Source of the DNA: the human T2T-CHM13v2.0 reference genome, Homo sapiens
Assembly: GCF_009914755.1 (NCBI RefSeq)
Contig: NC_060928.1
Length of the DNA stretch: 64,000 bases
Reading direction: 5' to 3' (one strand)
The position numbers and the translations under genes are program-made. Positions 26,444 through 39,224 of this stretch are shown piece after piece. Each line of letters begins with the position of its first letter. Within the stretch, counting starts at the first letter, position 1. The notes beneath the pieces were generated by a model. The model was not told the DNA's origin, searched no databases, and saw nothing but the letters and a program-made list of their open reading frames with translations.

Positions 26444-28448
26444 CAGTTGGCACATGAACAACACAGGTTTGAACTATGCAGGTCCATTTATACGTGGATT
26501 TTTTTTCAATAAAAGTTATACCAATTGGTTTTGATTTGCATTTCCCTGATCATTAGTGATGTTGAGCATTTTTTCATGTTTGTTGGTCATGTGTGTATCT
26601 TTTTTTGAGAATTGTCTGTTCATGTCCTTAGCCTACTTTTTGATGGGATTGTTTGTTTTTATTTCTGCCGATTTGTTTGAGTTCCTTGTAGATTCTGGAT
26701 ATTAGTTCTTTGTCAGATGTATAGATTGCAAAGATTCTCTCCAAATCTGTGGGTTGTCTGTTACTCTGCTAATTGTTTATTTTGTTGTGCAGAAGCATTT
26801 TAGTTTAATTAAGTCCCATCTATTTATTACTGTTTTTGTTGCATATGCTTTTGGGTTATTGGTCATGAAGTCTTTGCCTAAGCCAATGTCTAGAAGGGTT
26901 TTTCCGATGTTATCTTCTAGAACTTTTATGGTTTCAGTTCTTAGATTTAAGACCTTCACCCATCTTGAGTTGATTTTTTTATAAGGTGAGAGATGAGGAT
27001 CCAGTTTCATTCTCCTACATGTGGCTTGCCAATTATCCCAGCACCATTTGTTAAATAGGGTGTCTTTCCCTCGACCACCTTTATGTTTTTGTTTGCTTTG
27101 TCGAAGATCAGTTGGCTGTATTTCACCTTATTTCTAAGTTCTCTATACTGTTTCATTGGTCTATGTGCCTATTTTTATATTAATACCAGTACCAGGCTGT
27201 TTTGGTGACTATGGCCTTATAGTTTAAAGTCAGGTAATGTGATGCCTCCAGATTTGCTTTTTGCTTAGTCTTGCTTTGGGTATGCAGGCTCTTTTTTTGG
27301 TTCCATGTGAATTTTAGGATTGTTTTTTCTAGTTCTGCGAAGCATAACGCGATACCACCTTATTCCTGCAAGAATGGCTATAATCAATAATTCAAAAAAT
27401 AACAGATGTTGGCATGGTGAAAAGGAGTTAATGTGGTAAAATTGGCATTGATAATAAAATAATAGGCATTGATGTGGTGAAAAGGGAACAGTTTTACACT
27501 GCTAGTGGGAATGTAAACTAGTACAACCACTATGGAAAACAGTGTGGGGATTCCTCAAAGAACTAAAAGTAGAACCACCATTTGATCCAGAAATCCCATG
27601 ACTAGGTATCTACCCAGAGGAAAAGAAGTCATTATGCAAAAAAGATACTTGCACACGACTCAGCCATAAAAAGGGATGAAATAACGGCATTTGCAGCAAC
27701 CTGGCTGGAACTAGAAACCATTATTCTAAGTGAAGTAACTCAGGAATGGAAAACCAAACATTGTATGTCCTCACTCATAAGTGGGAGCTAATCTATGAAG
27801 ATGTAAGGCATAAGAATGATACATGGACTTTGAAGACTCAGGGGAAAGGGTGGGAGTGGGTGAGGGATAAAAGACTACACATTGGGTACACTGTACAATG
27901 CCTGGGTGATGGGTGCACCAAAATCTCAGAAATCACCACTAAATAACTTATTAATGTAACCAAATACCACTTGTTCCCCAAAAACCTATTGAAATTTTTA
28001 AAAAGAGTTATATCAATTGTGCCCGCCTCTTCTGTCTCCCATTCTACCTCCTCCACCTCTTCCAACTCTGTCACCCAGGACAGCAAGACAAACCCCTTCT
28101 CTTCCTCCTCTTCCGCAGCCTACTCAATGTGAAAACGATGAGGGTGAAGATCTTTATGATAATCTACTTTCACTTAATAGTCAATATTTTCTCTTTCTTA
28201 TGATTTTCTTAGAAACATTTTCTCTTCTCTAGGCTAATTTATTATAAGGATATAACATATATAATATATATAAAATACATATAACATAAAAACTATGTGT
28301 TAATCAACTGTTCATGTTATCAGTAAGACTTCCAGTTAACAGTGGGCTATTTGTAGTTAAGTTTTGGGGGAGTCAAAAAGTTGGGTCGAAGTTTTTGACT
28401 GCATGGGGATTGGCACTCCTCAGCCTTATATTTTTAAAGGGTCAACTG
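26444..28448 (+). mobile_element. Tigger2a (MER28-like) split by an L1PB
   Basis: TIRs ta|cagttggcacatgaacaacacagg...aaagggtcaactg|ta with a TA TSD; internal cagcctactcaatgtgaaaacgatgag. Confidence 0.9.
26528..28002 (+). mobile_element. L1PB1-like element with a 5' inversion (26528-27342 antisense; 27343-28002 sense)
   Basis: 3' end gggtgcaccaaaatctcagaaatcaccact...ccccaaaaacctattgaaat; TSD aaaagttataccaattg/aagagttatatcaattg. Confidence 0.92.
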
Positions 28449-28697
28449 TAATAAATGAACATTCAGATTAATACCAATGTCATTGTTAGTGTCACTGTTA
28501 TAATGAGTAGACAAAGTTAATCCACGTGATTCCATACGAGTTCAGATTTTCCAGAAATGACACTGAGTAGCCATTCAGCAAATCAGTCTTCTTAAATTTG
28601 AGCATAAGTTAAAGCCAAACATTAGATTTGGTCCAAATTTCAAGTCCTATATGAAACTTCAGTACAAGCCTAAAAGAAGACTCTTACGGAGTCTTAC

Positions 28698-28700
28698 CAA
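28698..28700 (-). CDS. Candidate 3-nt microexon TTG
   Basis: tttgtcctctacctgtctgctactgtttctgaaattctgacag|TTG|gtaaga: an AG-free pyrimidine stretch of about 40 nt containing UGC, followed by a strong donor. Confidence 0.3.
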
Positions 28701-30849
28701 CTGTCAGAATTTCAGAAACAGTAGCAGACAGGTAGAGGACAAACTTTTGGTCAAAGTGGCCCTTTTTGCATTTCTTCAAACCTCACAGATCTTATTATTT
28801 AGACTTATGCTCTTCTCATTAACTCATAAAACTAGGTTTATAGGTTTTTACTTTCCGATAAACACTGAATAAGCCTCTCCTTTCCTTTAAGTTGATCCCT
28901 AAGAAAGGACATTAAGAATGTAGGAGATAGAATTAGTCCTCTAAGTCAACATATCATGACACTCTCTCATGTCTTACAAGTTTTACACAGTGATGTATAT
29001 GGCCTTCTGTAAAACAAGGCATTAAATAAATATTAAATAACATATTGTTGACAATATTTTTCCATATTAATAAAACACAAATTCAGCTTGTGGGTTAAGA
29101 TTTAAACTGTCATTCCATAGTTTCACCTATCATTGAGTCAGATTGTCCATAATATTAAAGTCAAAACTTATTTAAAAGGTGTAGGTGTGCTTGAAGACTT
29201 TGAATTTATCCAAATCACCTTGATTTCCCTGCCAATATTCATAAGCATCTAAAGGTTAGAGGCCCTATTAGTCTGATTCACTCATAAAAGTACCATAAAA
29301 AAGATGCTTAATAAGTGGTTTTTGATCATGCTAATGATGAGATACTTCTGGAGCTAAAAATAGCAAGGTGAGATAATCCCAAATGGCACATATAACTTCC
29401 CCTCTAGGTTGAATAAGGAGAAGAGTAAAAATGATGAAATTGGCTTACACGCAGAGAACAGTCTAGCTTCATCATAATTTCTGTCTTGAACACTGCAATA
29501 TAAATTTTATTATAAACTATAGCTCTGTACAGCTGAAAAAACATCTATTTTTACTAAACGTCAAAAATATCACCAAATGATATTCATGAGATAAACCTAA
29601 ATATATCAAATTGTCAGAGAAGACATGGACAAAGAAGTACTTTCTTCCCAGCCTACAAAGCAAGAATAGTCATCACCACTATGTCATTTGAGAAATGCTG
29701 ACACTGAATCTCAATTCCTGCAGGAAATGGTAATAACACAAAATGTGGGAAAGTTGCAATACTGTGACAATAGCAGAGTTGTACTCCTTGCACATGTCAG
29801 CATTGATTGTAGAGAGAGTACAGTTCTGTGGCCTTATAGAAGTGTGGTATTTTCAGGAGCATTATAACAGCAAACTGTAGGTCTGATGGCTCTTCAAAAG
29901 TATGATCAGGTTTCGGTAAAGGAGACATGGTAGGGAAAACAAAAAACCAAAGCTTATTCTGTTTTCCTAAAGTTATAAAGAAAGTTAAAAGAATACATAT
30001 TTGATCTTCAAAATAATATATTCCTAAGAAAATTAGTGTAAAGCATTTAAAAACTACATAACAGTTATTCTCACACTAGTGGGTCTAAATATGGTTGATG
30101 AAGGAAAAAAAACAGTAAATTTAAATTATGCCAATAACGTTGGTAAATGTATTATATTTCCAAACAGAACAACTATGAAAGTTCACACTGAAAAAAAAAA
30201 ACACATGAAAAAGAGGTCTACTACCTACTCACATTATAAGTATTAAATTCTATTATTAAAAATCCAATAAGAAATTCAAATGAGCATTTTAAGAAAACTT
30301 TTATGTATTTACAATGGAGTTTATGAATGGTAGTTATCAGAATATTTAAGTATCTTATAAATTATTAATATAAACATAAATGATAGTAATAAATGGTGAG
30401 GACTACGCTGCCATGAACTAGTTATCCTCACCTCCTCATTAGGCATTCTCTCAACTATTTATTCAATAAACATTTACAGAGCATCTCTTATTCTGTAGAA
30501 GCTTAGAAATCAAATAAAGAGCTTATTTTTGCCATTGCACTATATGATTAAAAAATTAAAATATAAAATAAAAGTAAATAGTATTTAGTATGCCTATACG
30601 GTGTATATTTACAGCTCTCTGATTACTTCAAATTTGATAATCTATGCATTTTTTGTTAAGAATATAGAGTTCAAGAGAATATAATATAAGCATTCATTCT
30701 GTGTGCTTAGTTTACCATTACTGGTTTACTTTCTCATTAAATCATTAGGAAGTGCTGAAAATAATACTTATTTCAAAATATAGAAAATTCATTCCAAAAA
30801 CCTAATTACGAGTAGTAAACTCAAATGATTCAGAACAAAAAATATAATC

Positions 30850-31050
30850 TAGTGATTGCCAAAAACATGGCAAGCACTAGAAGCTTTCACATCCATCGCC
30901 TCAGTTAAGGGGAGTTGCTACTATGCCCTTTTATACAGGCAAAGAAATACAGTTTCTAAAAATCAAGTAACTAGCCCAACTTCACAATTCATAGGAGTGG
31001 GATTTGAGTACATATCTTCTTTGAGCTTCCAAATCCCATGAACCCAACAT
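30850..31050 (-). mobile_element. MIR
   Basis: cccttttatacaggcaaagaaatacag...aagtaactagcccaac...gggatttgag. Confidence 0.65.
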
Positions 31051-31519
31051 AAAACCATAGTATGTCTCAAAGAAAGCTTAAACTCAGAAAGAAAGAAAAA
31101 AAAATACCCTTTGGTCTTTTTACAAGTGCATATTTCAAAAGAAATTCAATGTCTGTGCAATATGTATTCCCATATTATCATATTTAATGTCATAAAAACT
31201 CACTGATGTGGTCATTATGAATCCTATTTTTATTTTGATTCCTTAAGATCAGATCCTGGCTTCAAATCTGTCTCTCTGACATCATTAAACCTCACTGAAT
31301 TCAAATCGGATAATTTGACCCACACAATTTTGCTATGTCGTATGTGCTATAAGACAGGTGAAGCATTACATCTAGGGATTTTGCTTACAACTCTAAACCA
31401 GACCAAGATCTCAAAAACACAAACAAAAACAAAACTTTACTTGATTCAGTGAAGAAATAGACACATTAATTGAGCATGAATTTACCAAAAAATAATGAAA
31501 AAACTTATTGCAACATTTT

Positions 31520-31860
31520 CTCACATCACAAAAACATTCAGGTTCTGATGTAGGTCTTGTTCCAGTGACTCGACAATAGAGGCCTTAACTCTGTGATTAT
31601 CAAGGCTTTTCCTTCATGATGGTCCTTCGTGTTCTCAAGATAGCTGCTCAGGTTTCAGGCATGATAGTTGTGTTTACAGCAAGGAGAAAGGGAAAGTGGT
31701 GATATTACCCTCTAGATTTCCCTTTGTAATGAACACAAAAGTTTTCCTGGGCACATTCCCAGAAGACTTCCTCCAATGGTTAGTAGCCAGAACTGTGTGA
31801 TATCTCCAACTTTTGCAGCAAGAAAGGTAAGAAAAGGGCATGTTTAGATTTTGATAGTCT
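31520..31860. mobile_element. LTR33-like ERVL fragment
   Basis: caagatagctgctcagg...ttcccagaagacttcc...gccagaactgtgtga. Confidence 0.5.
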
Positions 31861-31912
31861 ACAAAAAAACAGTAATGAGAGAAGGGAGAGGTAAAGGGAT
31901 AGCGTGTGATCC

Positions 31913-32499
31913 TGAGACAGGAATAATACAGGGTGGTCACAGGAGAATAGAAAATTCCAGGAAGCAGTTTCACATGATTAGCAAAAGGAAACTGTTGACA
32001 TAGCTGCATAAGCTAGGGGCCGAAAAGACCCTGAAATAGGGTGTAGGCCAATCTGGCTAAGAGTAACTGGACACAACACGGTACCTGATTTGACTTAGGT
32101 TTCACCTAGGACCTCATTATATGCTCATTAACATCCTAAATCACACACCCACCAGCACCATGAGGATTCTGGGAACACCCATATTCGGCATAAAAATGGA
32201 TGGCACAGTTCCAAGAAATCTTCACCTTTTTCCAGAAGTCTTCATAAATATTTCACTCCTTGGTTAAAGAAACCCATAAAGGTAGCAGTCACACACCCCT
32301 TGTGTGTGACTCTCTCTTGATTATGCCCACAGTCCCCTTTCTTGAGTGTATACATTTACCTTTGCAAAAAATGTTCGTACTTTTACTATTTTCTGACTGG
32401 TCCTTGAATTTCTTCTCACGGCTGTGTCAAGAGCCCAGACACTGGCTGGGGGTGAGGTTCCACCCGCATTTGAGGACCTCCCCTAGCTCACCAGTATCA
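31913..32499 (+). mobile_element. MER61 (ERV1) solo LTR
   Basis: tgagacaggaataatacagggtggtcacaggagaatagaaaattccagg...tatca with TG..CA termini and a 4-bp TSD atcc. Confidence 0.88.
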
Positions 32500-32513
32500 A
32501 TCCCACTATATAG

Positions 32514-33069
32514 CAGCAGTCTCCAACCATTTTGGCACCAGGGACTGGTGTTGTGGAAGACAATTTTTTTTATGGACAGGGGAAGAGGTTAGGGATGGTT
32601 TGAGGATGATTCAAGTACATTAATTGTACACTTTATTTCTATTATTGTACACTTTATTTCTATTATTATTACACTGCGGTATATAATGAAATAATTATAC
32701 AAGTCACCATAATCTAGAATCAGTGGGAGCCCTGAGCTTGTTTTCCTGCAGCTAGATGGTCCCATCTGGGGGTGATGAGAGACAGTGACAGATCATCAGT
32801 CACAAGATTCTCATAAGGAGCATGCAACCTAGATCCCTCGCAGGCACAGTTCACAATAGGGTTTGCACTCCTATGAGACTCTAATGCAGCCACTGATCTG
32901 ACAGGAGGCAGAGCTCAGGCAGTAACGCAAGTGATAGGGGAGCAGCTGTAAATAACAGACAAAATGAAGCTTCACTGGCTTGCTCATCACTCACCTCCTG
33001 CTTTGCAGCCTGCTTTCTAAATGGCTATGGACAGGTACAGGTCTGTGGCCTGGGGTTTGGGGACCACTG
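32514..33069 (+). mobile_element. MER1A (hAT-Charlie)
   Basis: cagcagtctccaaccattttggcaccagggactgg...gggtttggggaccactg; 8-bp TSD-like ctatatag/cactatag. Confidence 0.92.
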
Positions 33070-34009
33070 CACTATAGAGTGCACTATAGAGTGTTTGCTC
33101 CAAGAACTACTCAAGGAAAGTTGTTTTTTATTTTCTTTTAATTCTATCACATTAAACAGATACTTGCCATTTTGTTTCTTCTTAAAGTCAGGTCAGAAAA
33201 CTTTAAAACAACTTCAACTTTTTCATGTTTTTTTCTCATTAACATAAAAATTCTGGACAAACACACAGGCACACAAAGCACAAAACAATGAGCTGATTAA
33301 CATCTAAGAAAAAAATCAGGTCAAATCTTGGTTACCCTAACCTATTAGGGAAATATCTGCACCAGAATTCATTAGTTGCATACTTAGTACCTTCACCACT
33401 TTACTAAGAGAACCACCTTCTTAGTGTGCAGGAACGGCCTCATCACACATTTCAGACCCATGCAGTGGAAATATAAATTGTTAGGAGGTTTAAGAGAGCT
33501 TCTAAAAAGAAAAGAATAAACTAATGAACTCAACTGATATGACCCCATTTTGTCCTTTGCCTTCCTCTCACAGCTTAAAATTCAAGCCCGGTAGTTGAAC
33601 TCCAGCAGTCAACTTCCAAAAATAAGTATCACACTCCAAGAATGGCTAACAAAGCTAAAAGGAGCCTGGCTTCTAGGGACACTAGGACCTCAATAACATT
33701 CCTATGCTGGCTCCATCTGGACCCTTTCACATGAACAAAAAATAACCCCTTAATTTGTTTAAGCCACAGTTTCTCAGGTTCTTAAGTTAACTAGATTGCT
33801 AGATTATGAATTGTGATTGATTGTACCTAACATAAAGATACCATGCCTAAACCTAAATGAATCAGTTTCTATAAAAATGAAAAATACAGAAACATGGAGT
33901 TAATAGCCCCTTTTGTAGATCACAAGTGAAATTAGTGAAATCAGTGTTATTGATTTATAAGTTCCTTGACTATAAGTAGCAAATATTGAGCCCATTTCTC
34001 TAATACTCA

Positions 34010-34180
34010 TATACGTATACATTATGTTTATATGTATATATATGTATGCACATTCATATATATGTAGATATAGGTAGATAGAAAGTGTTTGTGTATGTGT
34101 GCATGCATGTGTGTGTGGGTATGAGGGTTTTGTATATACCCACTGGCACATACACATATAAACATACATACATATACACA
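34010..34180. repeat. Low-complexity TA/TG/CA array
   Basis: A TG-rich run followed by a CA-rich run. Confidence 0.85.
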
Positions 34181-34679
34181 AAAGACAATAATTAGATTGG
34201 TAAATAGGAGTTCATACTTAAAGCACAAAATTTTAAGCGGAGGAACCAAGTCTTAAAGAGATTACTGGAATGTCAACTGCAGTTGGCAATAGTATTCCAT
34301 CTGAATAATTTGAATAATTTTTCTTTTTCTTCCAACATTCCTGAATTACTTATCTTTTGTAAAAATGAGATTATATCTTCTTACAAAAAAATGAAGTAAT
34401 TCTCTAGAAAGAAGAAGTTAGGATTTCTTGTTGCTAATGTGTTGAAACTAAAATACACTGGCAAATGTTCTTAATATGCGAGAAAACATTACAAGAATTT
34501 TGAACTTTTCTTTCAAGTAAAATTTATTACAATTATAATACCTAAAAAATTGATTTTTTTGTGGTTACAAAGCAGTTGTAGCACAATGAATTACAGTTAA
34601 ATTTACTTTTTTTAAAAAAACAAATTAAATGTACTATCCTTTTGGTCACATCCTTTATTGTTTAATGCAATCGACTCAC

Positions 34680-34694
34680 TGCACAGTCATGTTC
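34680..34694 (-). CDS. Candidate 15-nt microexon GAACATGACTGTGCA (phase 2: R-NMTV-H/Q; phase 0: EHDCA)
   Basis: attttcctacag|GAACATGACTGTGCA|gtgagt. Canonical sites, frame-preserving length, unique flanks. Confidence 0.6.
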
Positions 34695-35119
34695 CTGTAG
34701 GAAAATCTTTGATAGAGAATTGAAATACATATCCTTAGGTTCAGAGAATAAAAGTCAGAAATTATTTTGTAAGGAATCACGAGAAAATCTTTAAAAAGTT
34801 GTATGTCAAGTAAATAGCTGGAATTTATATAGCTCAAGGCCTTTAAAGAGTTTAAAGCTTTTTATCTGTTTTCCTTATTGCCTAAAAGTTAGTTCTCCGA
34901 AGTAACTTTAATAAGTCAACTGCTGCAGTCCACTAAATCAGGGATGCAAGGAATGATGCCCAGTCATCTGAAAGAGTTCATGTGTCCTCTTTAACCCTTG
35001 CTACCTTTGGTCCTGAAAGGATTAGATTCTGTATGCCACTTCTCAGGAGAAATAAAACAAACAAGCAAAACTGAAGCATAAACACCAATGATGATGTATA
35101 AGGAAAAGTGACTTATTCT

Positions 35120-36180
35120 GAGTCACACAGTGACAACTAATTTATTCATAAAGCATCCACTGTGGATCAACTATATTCTAGCTGTTGAGGACACACAGTT
35201 GATGAAGGGGATACTAGAAGGGTTTTCACTTGATGGCCATTATAGCAGCCTTTCAACTCTATCATTTTAGGTCACTTAGGTCTATCACAGAATTAAAGAT
35301 CCGGAACGAACTCTCAAAGACTTCTAGTACAAACTCATTTCACAGCTGATTTCACTGGGGAGCAAAAGAGCAAGGCTGCTGTGTGGAGGGTAATCATTTA
35401 AACTGACTCCTGCAGAATGAGCCAACTATGTGAAGAGCTAGGTACGGCATACCCCACATGGAAGAAACAGCATTTACTGAGCACTCTATTTGTGGAGGAA
35501 AGAGCACAGGTGGTTTCAGGATGATTGACGCATATTGATTCCAAAGAAGACAAGTGTGAGTTGAAGTCATACAATAGGCCCAGCCAGATCATCCAGACTC
35601 CTGGAGTACATCATTTTAAAGGCTGGATTTAATTTTAAGTCAGTAAAACAAAAGAGTAAAGAGATTTGATGATAAAACCTTCAAGAATGCCTTCATATGT
35701 CTGGTGGATAGGAGAATTAAAAGTAACCCACAAACCAAATTTGGGCACTATGAAGATAAACATGACAGAGCTACATCACAGAGGCCAGGATAGGAGAGTT
35801 TCAGGAGCACCTAAGGGGGCTGATCAACACTGCTGAACATTACAGGCACATGTGGAGGTCATTCCTTTTATCCATTAGGCGAGAACAATTTCAATCAAGA
35901 AAGTAGTGAAAGGCAGACGTCTGACTGTGGGGGAGTGAAAAGTAACTGATTAGTGAAAGAATTCAGGCAACTAGGTTTTGGAAGTGAAGGGAATAAGTGA
36001 AATAGCAGTGGAGAGAGATCATTCAGATGGAAGTAACGCTGAAAAAAATTGCTGGGATGTGGAAATTTTAGTTTAAATGTAGCTAAAGGCAAACAAACCA
36101 GTGGAATAATTGGAGACTAAGGATGTAAGCAAGATCCCAGAGGCGGAAAAGGGTGAGATCTAACTCAGAGGTGGACGAGT
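35120..36180 (-). mobile_element. L2 fragments
   Basis: Purine-rich degenerate L2 antisense sequence (e.g. ggagagtttcaggag, gcaactaggttttggaagtgaaggg). Confidence 0.55.
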
Positions 36181-36306
36181 TATCCTCGGTAAAGATTCAA
36201 GGAAAGAAGAGATCAACGGCCCTTTATAAAGGATTAGAAAAAGCTAGGACAGTTCCCAAATCCTGTTGGTCCCCCAGCATAATTCAGGGTATCCAATAAA
36301 GCAAGA

Positions 36307-36451
36307 GTGAGCATATGGCATGGGAACTTGAGAAAGTAAAAATGGGAGACCATATTCTTTTAAACATCACAGTCTCCCTCATAAGATGAAAAAGAACAAT
36401 CAAGTCATACTAAGGGTACAACTAAGGTTAAAGAGCGTTAATCACACAACA
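36307..36451 (+). repeat. Dispersed duplication copy A (partner 38101-38232)
   Basis: Shares gtga.catatggc.tggg.acttgagaaagta and aagatgaaaaagaacaatcaagtcata.taagggta.aactaa.gttaaagagc with copy B. Confidence 0.93.
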
Positions 36452-37064
36452 AAAGAAGAAGGCCCAAACTTAAGTGGGAGTATGTTTCCCTCCCTCCAAT
36501 TCCAATAGGGATAAATATTATACCAAACATCTACTGTAAAGGGTATTGAAGTAAAATATATTCTTTTCTAGATAAGCCAAATCTATCACATTTTCAAGTG
36601 GTTTCTGAAACAACTTTGGATTTCCCTCTACCATTCTTTAATTCATTTTTTCTGTTATAAAAAGAGACCTTAATACTAGTAAGAAACTAGATTGTCTACT
36701 ATTAACATCAACTCTACTATTTGTAGTACATTTTCAAATGGTGTGACTGACATTGCAATTGCTTGGTTCTGTTCACACAAATTTGCATTATTTCATTACT
36801 AGAAGAAAACAGGCTAAAATTTTCTCAGAGTCACAGTTACTTTCTGATAAGTTTCTAGAAAGTTTCTTCAAATTCTAAAATAATGGCTTGTATTGCCTAC
36901 CCAACAACAACTGCTGAGTGTTTGAATCAGAGATAAGATATTTAAAAATGTTTCTAAGTATAAAATTTCATCTCCTTTCTCAATGCTGCAATAAGATAGC
37001 AATGTCAGGTCAAAAGTATGATATTCCTGTCTCCTAGTTACTATCTATTTTAGCATGCAGTTAC

Positions 37065-37074
37065 CATGCTCAGA
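37065..37074 (-). other. Candidate 10-nt microexon TCTGAGCATG (frame-shifting)
   Basis: tttttttttttctctccag|TCTGAGCATG|gtaacTGCATG: strong acceptor and an RBFOX motif at +6. Confidence 0.35.
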
Positions 37075-37117
37075 CTGGAGAGAAAAAAAAAAATAAAGAT
37101 AAATAGACATAAAAACC

Positions 37118-37441
<324 letters not shown>

Positions 37442-37516
37442 TCAATCAATCTCTTGGGAATTCACTAAACTAAATGGTATTTTAGTTCAATGAATGAATT
37501 TCATAATTTAAAGTAA

Positions 37517-37822
37517 TATTTTTTTTTTAGTTTGAGAGTCTGTCATCCAGGCTGGACTACAGTGGTATAATCATGGCTCACCACAGCCTTGAACTCCTGG
37601 GCTCAAGCAATCCCTCTGCCTCAGCCTTCCAAGTAGCTAGGACCACAGGTGCACACTACCATGATGGCTAATTTTCTTTCTTTTTTTTTTTTTTTTTTTT
37701 TTTGTAGAGATGGGGTCTCACTATGTTGTCTAGGCTGGACTCAAACTCCTGACCTCAAGTGATCCTCCCAACTCAGCCTCCCAAAGTGCCAGGATTACAG
37801 GCATGAATCACCATGCCCAGCC
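37517..37822 (-). mobile_element. AluJ
   Basis: Antisense Alu with J diagnostics (ctcctgggctcaagcaat) and an expanded middle T tract. Confidence 0.95.
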
Positions 37823-38100
37823 AATTTTTTTAAATCTTGAGTTTCTTAAGATGTAGTTGGGTATGATTAAGTAAATGCTGTAGGCATATGGGTGCAGAAG
37901 GGTTTCAAGCAAGACTTCAGAATTGCTACTTTCAGTACTTTTCCTCTGCTGACCATATCAGAAGACCTGAATCCTTTAGAACTCTCTGGAATGGCTGGAG
38001 TTTTCATCATTGTTTTTAAGTATATTTCCCTGATGCGCATCTTCTTACAGCTGTCACTGACTCACTGTCAAAGACAAAGGAGTGTACAGGCCAAAAGTCT

Positions 38101-38232
38101 GTGAACATATGGCTTGGGGACTTGAGAAAGTACAGTTGGGAGAACATATCACAGACTCCCTCACAAGATGAAAAAGAACAATCAAGTCATAGTAAGGGTA
38201 TAACTAATGTTAAAGAGCATTATCATACAACA
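38101..38232 (+). repeat. Dispersed duplication copy B
   Basis: About 85% identical to 36307-36451, with an indel of about 11 bp. Confidence 0.93.
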
Positions 38233-38234
38233 TG

Positions 38235-38440
38235 GCCCCAGAAGTTAGAAAGATTTGGGTTTAAGTCACCTTTGCACAAGTCACTTTACCTTTCTGAGCC
38301 TTGGTCTCCTCATCTATAAATGAAAATGAAAATGCTACTTATATTATAGTTGTATCAAAGATAAGAGTTAATACATGTAGAATGTTCAACACAGGACATA
38401 GGACATACTAAGTCTTAAACAAACGGCAGCAGCTACTATT
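38235..38440 (+). mobile_element. MIR
   Basis: caagtcactttacctttctgagccttggtctcctcatctataaatg. Confidence 0.85.
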
Positions 38441-39224
38441 CTATTTAGGCTGCTTCTCTTATTCTCTTATTCTCATTCCTTAATACTTTCTCTAAGCCTC
38501 AAAATACAATTCCTTCAGAAACTACCATATTATTATGGCATCAAATAAATGGATTCTATTTTTTATAGTGCCAAGAGCAATATACCCTCCCAAAATAATT
38601 TTACACAAAGAGCCACAAAGTTTGACCAACTGAAATATTTGATGAAGTATAAGTTAATCCAATAATAATCTCCTTAATTAATTCAAGCTTGTATATTATT
38701 TTTAAAATCCTAAACTTTAGATTGAAAGTCAATATTCTGAAGCAAAAACTGAATTCACAAAGGTAAAGTGGACGTGGCATTTGAATGATTATAGAGCAAA
38801 AAGATAGAGCTGGAGAACAACAACTGAATAAAGGACAATTCAGAGATTTACATATTTAACTTCTTAGATTTTAGTCATGCTCTTAATTTGACTATTAATT
38901 TTGGTATCTTTGAATTTAAGGCTTTCAACTTCAAATGTTTACTTTCTCTTTTCAGCACAGACATTTGCTAAACAGAGTAATATAAACAATAATCTATTAA
39001 TGCAAATGTTCCAAGAAGCTACTTCTTCTTAGCATTAGAGTTCTTAATATAATATCAATATTTAATTACTATTTAATTGAAATTGTCATTAGGCATTTAA
39101 ATATATTAGAAGAAATAAAAGTGCATAATCCAATACTTTAAGAATGAAAACAACCCAGAGAAACAAGTCTACGGTAGTGCCCCCATAAACCACTACGTGA
39201 ATTTAGCCAAACCTCTTAAGTCTC

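Noticed and set aside
22147-27946. ORFs similar to reverse transcriptase/ORF2
   Set aside because: Short remnants of dead L1 copies with many stops and frameshifts.
32623-33093. Short tandem duplications in or next to MER1A (attgtacactttatttctatt x2; gcactatagagt x2)
   Set aside because: Ordinary slippage duplications. Similar ones occur at 42158-42180 and 45957-45998.
38049-38064. 16-nt - strand exon-like segment
   Set aside because: Short pyrimidine tract, weak exonic donor context, and not frame-preserving.
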